A DNA stretch of 64,000 bases, from the NCBI GenBank assembly GCA_040285855.1, contig JAUFOQ010000004.1, forward strand, positions 930,001-994,000. Direction: 5' to 3'. Below are positions 12,275 to 24,426 of this stretch, piece by piece (positions within the stretch are counted from its first letter, which is position 1; each line of letters begins with the position of its first letter). Made by a program: the position numbers and the translations under genes. The notes below the pieces were generated by a model that did not search any database, was not told the DNA's origin, and saw nothing but the letters and a program-made list of their open reading frames with translations. Source of the stretch: Eukaryota sp. GEM-RC1 (taxonomy: Eukaryota).

Positions 12275-15200
12275 TTATTTCAAGAAACCAAAAGTATTCG
12301 ACATACTGAATAGAAGAGAAAATGCACAAAGAACCACCTCAATAGGACTAGTTGAAAAACTGATAAGTACAACTAGCACCAGGCTTTGAATTATGAAATA
12401 ACAGAAACTGTCAAATAGTGAAGCAAAAATTACAACAAAATAACAAATTAACGAAATGAAATGAGGAGAATGACGTTGCACTACCAACACTAAAATTACA
12501 AAAATTAAGTGAATCAACAGAAATACAATTTGCCACACTGATGGAGCTTCATGATCAAGAAATGAAAGTACTGTACCGAACAAAGAGTTGATTGAGAAAA
12601 GAACCGCTCCAAGTAAAAAAAGCACTATTATTCATAATAAAATTGGAAATATTAAACAATCTTGATAGTGTTGCTTTTGAAAGTCCACACAGTGAAATCA
12701 TCATAATAACAAATAAAATCTGTGACGAATCGAAGTGAAATATAGAAGATATGAAATCAATAGCAATCACCCAAATAGAAACCCTACGGAAGAAAATTGG
12801 AGGCAAAACAAAAAGATGATATTAAGAATATTAATGTAATTCGAAAATCGTTTAAACAATCTCTGTTGGCCAAATGAAGAAAGAGATGACGTGGTCATTT
12901 GAATATACTTGAACTTTGATTCAACAAGACATAATTGAATAACTAGCCTATCAGCAAGAAACAAAATGGAAATCAAACAAAGTAAAAATATCATTTTTAA
13001 CCAAGTATTTTCCTTACCAAAACAATAAATCTTGCTGAAAACAGCATCGTCAGTACAAAATTGACACAAATCTCCATAAGCATGACGTGATCTGCAAGAA
13101 TTCTCGTGACAACTATACCAAAACACACACTCATCTAGTTCCCAAGTATCAGTATTTAATCTAAAACCAGGTTGAATTCCAGTCAAATTTCCATATCCAC
13201 ATTCAGCTAAATGAGGACAAGGTAAACAAGACTCTTCAGCATCTAGAGAGTTTAAAGGACAAACACATTGGTCAAGATCGCTAGAACCCTTTTGAAAAGT
13301 TATTCTAGGAAAAGAACAAGATCTACATTCTGAATTGAATTCCGAATTTGAATAATAATTAAAAGCACATTCAACACATTCACCAAGAGAGTTGAATTCC
13401 ATTCCTTTGCACATAAACACCCATGTCCAGAATTCAATTTAGGAAAGTGACAATCATTTGTAACTAGATCGACAGTTGCAGAATGGGATAAATAGCAAAG
13501 GATAATCTTCATTGATTGGAGTGGATTTGTGACTATCTCCAACAAACCGCCATCTAAAATATTGATACCAACTTCGATATCAGTAACTAGAGTAATATCA
13601 GAAAGCAGAACTGCATTAGTAAGGTTGTAGAACTGTTCCTGAATTACAAACTTTGAGGTAATGTTCAAAAGAGTACATGATGGGTCTCCATAATATTGAT
13701 GTCCACAGTCAGATACTTTCAATTGATCAACAATTAAAAATTCTGCAAAATTTTGAATTATGGTTCCATTCCAATTCAAAATTCTAGAATTGAATTCGTA
13801 ATCAACACGATGTTCCTGTAATTGAGGTAATTCATTAAAGAAGAAGGTCACATCATCTGAATGGAAAGTGACAGAATTAAAAAGAAATGTTGAGGATAGG
13901 AGCGAAATAGACCCATTACAATCAACAACAAATCCAATATTATCGACACACAAAATTGGAATTGAAAGATTAAAATAATTTGAATTAACTTCAACAATGG
14001 TTTCACTGAAAATCAAAGAAGTCGCATCAGAAGCAGAAAAACTAATGGGAAAAGGTGCAAAAGAAAAGAAACAATTTCGTGAGAAGAAGCCAGTGGAAAA
14101 TTGAACAGTAGACGTGGACCAAAACATTTCTTTCTGAGAAATAAACGATTCAAACTGTGAAGTTGAATTAAATAATGAAGTTTCAAACTCCATGTAAACA
14201 TCTTCATCAATTACTTCCCCAAGGGCAGTAATACCACGTCCAAAAGAAAAGGGTTTAAAACAAGAATATGATCTATATCCGTAAATTTCTAATTCCAATA
14301 AATATATATTTTCAAGAGCAATTAAAATAATTTCAGTTGTGTGTGGAATGATGATGTCAACAGTACACATTGGAAGCAAAAGCAAAACCACTGGGAATTT
14401 GTTTACAAGAATATGAAGGGGGAAAGAGTTTGATTGTTAGCAATCAGTTCAAAAGAAAGGTTATTATAAGATTCGAAACAACTAGTGTTGGTTGTGATCA
14501 CAATTTGAAATACATCATAAGATGAATCAAACACTATATTGATCGAATCGAATTGTGAGATAAACTCAGAACAAAAAGACACGTCAACGTTACAGCACCT
14601 AACACCATTGAATATTAAGTTATTCGTATAAGTGGTAGTAAAATTAATCCTAGGATGCTCGGCAAATGAAACAAAACAGACATCTTCGAGAAATGCTTCT
14701 CCTTGAATTAAGACTGAGTTGATGAGCACCCCATCAAAAGAAAGTTCTAGTTCAACAAACTCATAATAAGTTGAAATAATGACATCTTCACAGGACAAAG
14801 AATTGTTAGAAGCAACTCCTAAGAATATTCGAGATTCAATAGAACAAGTTAAATTGGAGTTAATAACGCCTCCAACATTTATGAAAATTGTACGATGTTC
14901 AAAAGGACTTACAAAATCTGTAGACGAAGCTTCAATATCGAAAACAACAATAACACCAACATGTTGTAAGCTAAATCCAGACTGTTTCCAAGACCAATGG
15001 TGATAGCTTTGTCCTTTGGAAAAGTTTAACGATGATATATTAAACACGTAAGTTAATGCAAAGTTCGAACTTGATATGTCATTAACTTCAGTAGGATGTA
15101 CAACTACATTGTTGGCCAGGAATAGGGAATCTGGATAGAAGTCACCACTATACGAGAAAACTATGGTTTGAGGATTGGCTAGCGAAATCACAGAAGAGCT

Positions 15201-18200
15201 CAGCAATTCGAGCACTGGGGGTTGGTGAACGGAAACTCGATGCACAAAATTGAAATTTGCTTGGAAATACATAACAGTGAATGAAACTTCAATATTGTCC
15301 ACTTTTAATCCAACAAAGTTAATTTCAAAACGATATGAATTACCAGATACAGTACTTAGTTGACAATCATCAGAACAAGCAATCGAATACAAATAATTGG
15401 GATCAGCGATTTCAATTTGAATTGTCTGGGACACATTGACTTCCATTGATGATGGGATGTTTTCATTAGGAAAAGAAGAAACTGTGCTAATATTGACTGA
15501 TTCTGACAGACTATATAAAGTAATCCAAGTACTAGTACTTTCAATATTTAAAATATTTACTCCTGGGTTGAGAAGGAATGAATTACTTCCCGACGTAACG
15601 AAAATATCATCGACAGACTCAAGCAAATAACACTCAACAACAGAATTAAAATAAACTATTGGTGGAAAGATTACAAAATTACCAATTTCTACAGAAAGAT
15701 GTTCACTTAAATGTCCAAAAGACAAACTCTGTAGGGTATAGTTCCCTGTTCTAGTAAATTCAACCTCAAAATACAGAGTAGATTTGTCAACAGTAAGTAA
15801 CTGAGAAGCAGAATTACTAAAGGAGAAGCAACGTTGAATAACTGAAAACCCATAAGAATCAATTCCTTCAATTTCGATAGACAGGCTGTGAGTAACTGGC
15901 CTTTCAAACCATTGAATGTACTTGGGGTAGATATAGGACGGAGACACAATAAAAGGAAGATTGAAAATAGAGTAACACGCAGAATCAATACAAATACTTA
16001 ATTCATTTGGAACTGTAGAAATAAAAGAAGTAAATGTAATTTTGGCAAATGATGGAGATACTTGGTAATTTGAAATATGAAGAGAGTTCGGAGAATTTAG
16101 TCCGATAAAGGTGTCAATAAAGGAAAAGTCGTTCTGAAAACTATAAACAGTAATTGTACACGGAATACCAACAAAACAAACATATTCAGTATTGTTGGAA
16201 ACAAATGAAGTTACAGGTATTGAAATTAGGCGGGTGAATTGAGGAAAGAATTCTACTAAAATAACAAATTCAGTGATCCCATACAAGTCACTAGTTGAAA
16301 TTTGCAATTCATCTTCATCAATAATTTCGTATGTAGCGCTTTGAACAGACAACTCAAGAGATGAATTTTGAAAACATTGATACATTTTTGAAAAATAAGG
16401 CCCAATTAGCACTATTAATTCCCCCCGAGGGAGACAATGGTGGTGCTGGTAGATAACTAGCTTGTGGAGGAGCAAGATTCAGTTGAAATAAATTACTGGT
16501 TTGGTTCCCAACAATTAAATAAATATTTAAAATATCAGAATTAATATCACAAATGTAGGGAATGTACAATGAAATTTCATCATGAGTGAAATTATTAATC
16601 ACAACTTGAGAGAACCTGAAAGACAGTGAAAAGTACTCAAAAGAGGTTGAAAAATCAGAACCATATATTGAAATATGTCCATGTAAATGAAAAGGATCGG
16701 TTGACACGGACAAAATCACAGGTTTCTTGAAGCAGTGATCAAATGAAATGATGGAAGAATCTGTAGATCTAGAAAGAACCATTTCATGACAACCACGACC
16801 TTCAAAAAAGAATAGGTTTAAAATTTCATGATTATTTGAAGAATAAGCAAGACTTTGATTGATTGGAGCTGTTGAATGAAGAATAACAATAGGATCTAAC
16901 CCAAGATTAAAAGCAAACAGTGGTACAAATCCACCTCTAGTTGGAGGTTCTAGGCTAACAAACTCAATTGGACATATGGGAATGAATAAGTGATGGAAAG
17001 AAAATACTCTGGAAACAGTTAAATTCAAATAAATTGAATTATTCAATGAATTGAAAGATATAATATCATTTAAATAGAAGTCAAGAGAATTCAACAGGAA
17101 CTCGTGGAAGAATTCATCATTATTAGGGACTGAGAGTTCCAGTAATTCTGAAAGATATTCGATATTATTAAAATTCAGAGAAACCTTACAATGAGAGGTA
17201 TTACAACAGTGTTGTGAAGGGGAAATTGAAATATTTGCAATTAATTTGGAAAGATCTAACAATGGAGCATTACCAAGTACAATAGATTCATCATCTATAG
17301 AAAAAGACTTAGCAATCACTGGGAAAAATGACATTATGGTGATATTAGAATGGTTTAAAATCAATGAAGAAAAAAACAATTCCTTGTCAAAATCAAGTAA
17401 ATAGATGCAAGATTTTTCTAAATACAAACCCAATTTAAAATGGTTGTACGAAACACATCCAGACAGAATAGAAGTCTCAAGTGTTAGATAAGATTCAATT
17501 GAAATAATATCAAATGCTGAAGATTTGAACATGTAAAATTGACACACACTCATGAAAAATTGGAAGAAATTAGTTTTAGATCTGGTTAGAACCAAAAACT
17601 GGAGAAAGTCATAATTACGTATAATAATATTCTCAAAGGTACTAGTACTTTCTTTTGACTCTAGGAAAATAGAAGTTGAAACCAAATCAATGGTAACCTC
17701 TTCCATCCCCAGGGTAGAGTTATAAAACACAAGTGTACTATTATTAAAGGATGATGAACCAATGTTACCCAAAGACAAACTCAAGGACGAATCTGATAAT
17801 AAAAACAAGGTATCAAATAATGAATCCGTTATTTTCAAATTCTGAGTGGTAATTGAACCATTAACAGAAGATTCTAGTATACTTCCTGTGCAGTTGGAAA
17901 GAGAAAGAGAGTTGATGGACAATTCTGAATTGACTGTGTTCAGAAAGTTGGAGAAACTGGAATTAACAACCGACACCAAAGATATGATGACATCCTTCGA
18001 ATTGACAGAAGTGAAAACATCACCTTGTACACCTGATAAATTCAAATAATGTAAATTCAATTTACAATCCATCAAAATGAACCACGAAGTAAAAATTGAT
18101 AGGTCAACTTCAACAGTGTGTAAAGCAATAGTTCCAAAGCTATTGTAAACAAAGTTTTTGGCAAAAACTGAAGAAATAGTTAAATAATTTAAAACAATAT

Positions 18201-21200
18201 CAGATTGGTCTAACTGAAATATTGTTTTGCTATTAACCTCCGTTATTGATGAATGACTGAACTCAATAGATGAAGAAGAAGAAACAACCAAATTTTCAGT
18301 ATTCAAGTCAGTAAATATTGAATTGTCGACAAGTACAGACGATGAAGATAAGGAAATTAACGAGTCAGATAAGACACCAGAAAAGACAGAATTGTCAATG
18401 AAAAGTAAAGATTCAAGACAATCAAATAAAAGAAAAGAATCAATAACAAAATCACACTGTGTTAATGTTATAATGGATTTGTCAATTAAAAACAGGCTAT
18501 TATTAGAGACGGATTGAACAGTCACAAAATCAAAAATGATTGATGAATTCAAAATTTCAAAAAGAACCGTATTATGATAAACAATCAAATTATGGATCGT
18601 CAATGAAGATGAAATAATATCAAACAATGTTCCGTCAATTCCATCAATGATCACGTCACCAAGACCAATAACATCCCAATCAACATCAATTAATTTGCCG
18701 AACCCTTGACTAAGGAAATAGTAACCACTACGGAAATAAACCTTCCCTTTTCTTCCCATTCTTTCTAAAACTCCGTTAAAAGAAGCACAAGGACTGTCAT
18801 AAGTTCCACAACAAGAGTCATCAATACCTGCAGTAGAAACATAAGAAACTTCATTCAGCTCTACTACATAATCATTGACAGAGACAATTAAAGAAATTTT
18901 TGAATAAAAAGTGGATATAAGTGAAGCACAAGGATTAATTATACTACTAAATCTTCCATTAATTTGACCAGAATCTATGAGTGTATAATTTTGACTAGTG
19001 GAATCGGACTTTGTGTCAAAGTCTATTTCTAATAATCCATCTAAATAAGCAGTTGCACCAATGATTAATTGAGTAAAAGAAGTTACATTATCGATTTGCA
19101 GTGATACGATGGAAGAAGGAAAAAGAGAAAGATTCTCTTCGAACGTGAAGGTAGATGAAGGATAAATTCTTCCAAAACTTGATATATCAGTAACAATAGT
19201 GCCGAATCCCGTTATAGTTTGATATTCATTGAGGACAATAAGTGTAGAAGAAGAAAAAGTTGAATCAAAAACGCTCAGCGTGTCATTGAAAGTGAAAGAA
19301 ACAAAGGAGATATTTACAAAGTGTTTCATTAAAACATTGGAATGACAAATGATGGACCCACTAGAGGACTGGAATTTGGAAACTGACACGTCATCAAGAA
19401 TCACGTGACTGAAGAAATCCACGGAATTAGCCAATTGGACTTGACCAGTGATCAATGAAGTGTCTACTGATTCTAGAACAATTAAAGATGTCGAAAAATT
19501 TCCAGAATGAATTTCACAAAACTTGTCAATTCTCATCGCACCAGCCCCTAGAACTTGACAGAAATAACATGTGAAAGTCTCAACAACTATTTCAGCATCA
19601 GATGATGACTCAAGAGTAGAAAACGACAAATTTAAAATATTATTAGGATCGAAATACAAAAGATCATACTGAAAACGGCTGTAAATAGCAGTAACATTAA
19701 AGCTTGATGACAAAATACCAACAGAGTGATCACACACGAGCTCACTTGAATGTAGGGTAAAGGAAAGTGTAGGAGATCGAACTTTGCTATGGTCACTTAA
19801 TCTCATGACTGAATCATATAACTCAAGGTCTGATAACTGTTCAAAAATTACACCTTTTGATTGAAGGATCGAAGAAGTTAAGGAGATTGACTTAAGAAAG
19901 AATGAAGTTGTGGTAAACTGGACTGAAGAATCTATAAATGAGAGTCTTCCGTTGCCAAAAAGTCCCTGAAATATACCTGAAGCAAGCTTACTAATATCAA
20001 CTTCAGTTAGAACTCGAGAATAAAATTGAATCGCACGGTATTTCCCTTTAAAAGGAGTGTTATAAGCTGGGACTACTGATGAAAGTGGGAAATACGACGG
20101 CGCCCCATCAGAACATTCGTACGGATCGTATGGATGAACAACATCTCCGATTTCAGATCCGTTAACATACACACGAGTAAACTGCTGATTAAAAGTGAAG
20201 ACTAAATTCATCCATTGGTGCATAGGAAGAGAATCATAAGTAATAGAGGATCCCCAGTAAAGCCTCTGACCTGAAAAGTGGAGTCTACAAGGACTCGAAT
20301 ACCTGAACCCTGCATCACCTTCCTCAATGTAGATCCATAACGATATTGAAGCGTCTCTCCAGCCATGAGGCTCGAGTATGTTGGGAACATAGAGGGTATC
20401 ACCAGGTGCAACATCCAGATATCCACCTCCACTGTCACGTTTCCATTCAGGTCCATCAATTATGATTGCATTAAGATCATGATTGCCTGATAAGTCAATT
20501 GTGCTGGGAGAGTACAACCAGTTATAGTAAAGGAACAAATCAGGGTCAGACGAGTCAAGAACTTGTTTAAGAGTAAATGAAGACGAAGAAACAGAAAACT
20601 CAGCGTGTTCTTGGAGATGAATAATATTGGAAGAATTAAATGATAACAGTGTTTGGAAAAGGAATGCGAATTCAGAGTAAACAGTGCGTAGTTTGAGATA
20701 TCAAAATTAGACCGAAATGAACAGTATTCCGACAACACAAAATTGTTGTAAAATTTTAATTCACTGGAAAAAACATCAAGAGAACCAGACAAAAAAAGAG
20801 AAGACGACGGAGTACACTTAACAATTACTGAATCAAAACTGAATTGAGAATTAGTTGAATGTAATGTGAGAGAACTATTAAAAAAGACCGCCTCTGTAAT
20901 TGTCAATGATTCTACTAGAAAAACCTTATCGTCACCATAAAGATTGATGACGTTTACTTTAGCTGAACTTAGAGTCAAGATGCCATCAAACCAATGGATA
21001 ACTGATGCTTCTAAATAACCGTCACTAATAAAGTCACCATTTGACAAAGAAAGAACATCAAAACGAAGTTCCAAGGTAGTTGAAGTAAATGAAGAAGAAT
21101 CTAACTCAAGATTGGGAAAGAAGGAGTCAGCAGAAAGAAAACGGCCCTGAAGTTCAAAAGAAGAGTGGTCCTTAACAATGCTATTGAAGACTCTTAATAC

Positions 21201-24200
21201 AGCAGACGAAACAATAAATAAAGATGAATTAAAAGAATAAAGACTCTTTAAACTTAACGTTGACAATGAGTTTACAAGAAGAGAAGAGTTTTGTACAATG
21301 ATAGATCCATCACCATATAAATTAGATAGAGATCGGAATTGAGTGTAAGACATCGCTCTAACTTCAATGTCAGATAGTTTCTCTGAGAAAACAGCAACTC
21401 TTCTAATTCTACCTTTAAAAAACTGATCAGAAGATGGTACCCAGTCATTACCACTCTTGTAATAGAGAGATCCCAGAGAGAAGAAATCAGGAAACTCATC
21501 ACAATCATAATTACCGTTAACAGAAGCCATCAGAGCCCCATTGATATACATTTGAGCTCCACTATGATCTGTAGTAACAATCAAGGAAATCCATTGATTT
21601 CTTGGAATCGACAGATCTTTAATGGTTACGTCACCAAGCGATAACTGATCTCCAATTACTAATCCACAACCGGAAGGATTAGTACTAAATCCAAATCTAT
21701 TTGTAGGATCAGAGTCAAACCAAATGGAAAATGCAATTGTAGCTGATTCCCAGCCGAATGTAATATTTGGGATTTTGATAATGTCAGTGAAACTTTCAAA
21801 TTGGTAATAACCATCGGGATTCCATTCAGCACCAGAAACTTCTAGTACATTATTATTATTACCAGAAAGATCATTTCCAGAAGGACTATTTGACCAATCG
21901 TAATAAAGAAACAATGGAAAATCTGATCCAAGTGTAGAATAGGAGGAAATGATTTCAATTTGCGAATTCTGGTCTAATTCAATATTTGAATTTAAATGAG
22001 AGTCTACACGAAGAGTCAAAGAAGTGTTGAACAATTTAAAATTTCCATCAAATGTAACAATAACATCCAAATCAGAATAGAAAGATAACTGTGGTATTTC
22101 AATTACTTCATTAATTGAAAGAATTGAATCATTAGTCAGATTAAACTCGACATTTAATTCAGAAGTCATCATTTTACCTATAGAAATTCTACTTAGTTTC
22201 AGTTCAGGATTAGAAGAACATAACACCAACTTGTTTACTTGCAATTCCCCAATTCCTTCAATTGTTCCACAAAACCAATACAAAGTTTCAACAAAAACAT
22301 TAGACTCTAATGAAAGAGTTGAACATTCAGAAGCTCCTAAAATCAGTGAAGTAAAGTAGGTTTCCTTTGGAGAATTAATAGACAAAAACCCATTTGAATT
22401 GAAATCAGACAAGAAAATGATAGAATCAGTGCTTAGATTCAATGTTCCAGAAAGAAACACTGGAAGAGAAATTCGATTAAACTGTTGAATACCAACACTG
22501 TTAGATTCTCTTGTGATTAGGTTGTGTTCTTCCAATGTCAAAATTCCATTATTAGATGATGATGTCATCATGTTGAAAATCATGTCAATCGAAGTATAAG
22601 CAATGGTTGCCCTTTGATAAGCAGTAACATACGTAATTCCCTTACCCCCTAAAGTAGAAATCTTACCAGGAGTATGAGACTTACCTAGACTAGTGGTTCT
22701 ACCCAGCGATTGACTAATACTAGTACCCCAAGACCACACGTCATTGTTGACGTCAACAGCAATGGAATGATCTCTTCCTGTAGCTGCAGCAATCACGGTT
22801 CCGACCTCAATTACTGAAACTGGATCAAGAGAAGTTTCCTCATCACCAGTACCTAGTCTACCGTCTGAGTTCCATCCCCAACTCCATAGCTTTTGGTTAA
22901 CATCAATTCCAAGAGCGTGATTAAGAGTGGTGTCAATAAAGGTAAACTCAATATGACTAGCAAATTGAGTGAATGGGGGTTGAGATTCATCAGAAGTTCC
23001 TAATTTTCTTCCACAAGTCAGAGTAGTTCCGTCCTCTTTGGTGAAAAAAACAGCTCTACTTGCAGTAATGAATTTAATATTTTCCAAATATTCAATTGAC
23101 GATGGTACAAGAACATTCATTGAACTTTGGGAGCACAAAATATTAAATACGCCATTTCCCCATCCAAATACTTTACCATCTCTAGTTAAAGCAAATATTG
23201 TGGAATGTCGACCAGCAATTTGTTTAATAGTATTTAAACTTTCAATTAAACTTGGGGAACTTCTGTCAATCACATCTCCTAGCCCTAATTCTCCATTGAA
23301 GTTCCCTCCCCAAGAGAACACGTGACCAGAAGCAGTTAAAGCAAAACTAGAGTTGTGAGATGAGAGAACTTGAATAATATTGGAAAGTTCTATTTTGTCA
23401 TGGACAGTTCTTCCTTCACCATTATATCCTAGTTGACCATAAATGTTACTTCCAGCTGTGTAAACGTCACCATTTGTTGAGAGTACAAGAGAATGTAAGT
23501 TGCCGAGAGAAACTTGTCTTATAGAAACATGAAGAGCATATGATTCAGGGGAAATACCATCAGACGAAGTTTGCAAGTCTCCTCCAAGTAGACCATTAGA
23601 ATTCAATCCCCAAACAAAAACATCATTGGGATCCTGAGAAAAGTCGCTATAAGGGGAGGAGAAAGAAGTAGAATTGACAAGAACAAGTTCACCAAAACCA
23701 TCTACATCAATAAAACCACGTTTCCAGTCAAATTGACCAGTGACTATGAGTGTAAGAGAGTAAATCGTAAGATAATCAGAATCCATGGTGAAAGTACGAA
23801 CGGAAGTAAAGGAGTTATGGGATGAAAGATTAGAGAGGAAGCTGCCACCATTGACGACAAGCTCTCCTGATATCGTTAATGTAGAGTTGTGTGTGAACAG
23901 GAGCTCTACATTAGAAGAAAGAGTGAGAGACGATATGTTAACATCAGCATCCAGAATCACTGTTACTGCTATCGTTTGAGGGGGGAGAATAACTGAAGAA
24001 TATGGAGATGGGATCTGTGCGGTGTCCCAATTGTTACTATCCAACCAATAACCATCAGAAGTACTATTCCATCGATGGACTGGAAGCAAAAGTGCACCAA
24101 CAAAAGAAGAACACCCCAAGAAACATGGTTGATTGGTTATAATAGCAGCATTAGCTTGTAGAGGAGGAACAGAGAAAGACTGAATCATGGGATAGAGTTT

Positions 24201-24275
24201 CTCATTAAAACAATCTAGATGTACAAGTACTTCTAGTTCCTTCCCCTTCTTCCCTGCCACCCCCACTCTTCTCAA
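12275..24275 (-). CDS. Giant (~4,000 aa) multidomain surface/membrane protein: RCC1 repeats, two LamG/ConA-like domains, Ser-rich beta-helix-like repeats, IPT/TIG-like repeats, Cys-rich repeats, multi-TM C-terminus
   Basis: Seven consecutive same-strand ORFs join through indels at homopolymer runs (~20657, ~16421, ~14418, ~13406, ~12811, ~12615). RCC1 motifs (WGGNFNGELGLGD, WGWNSDGRLGTGD), LamG-like W..L......Y.NG....FKG..R, CGTYDSPCASF, CxxC-P repeats, then hydrophobic helices. Exact start and end are uncertain. Confidence 0.8.
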
Positions 24276-24426
24276 ATCTCTTCAGTCTATCCACTCAACA
24301 GATGAATTCCACAAATGGACGACCATTGTTCTCTCTGAAAAAAACCTCTCTGTTATCGCGTTATTTTACAACGATGTACATCAATGGATTTCTACTTGTT
24401 TATTCAAACTAAACTGAATAGATTGA

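Noticed and set aside
24282..24326. In-frame TGA after ATG 24326 as a possible selenocysteine codon in the giant gene
   Set aside because: No redox motif context and no recognisable SECIS. The start region is ambiguous and error-prone.
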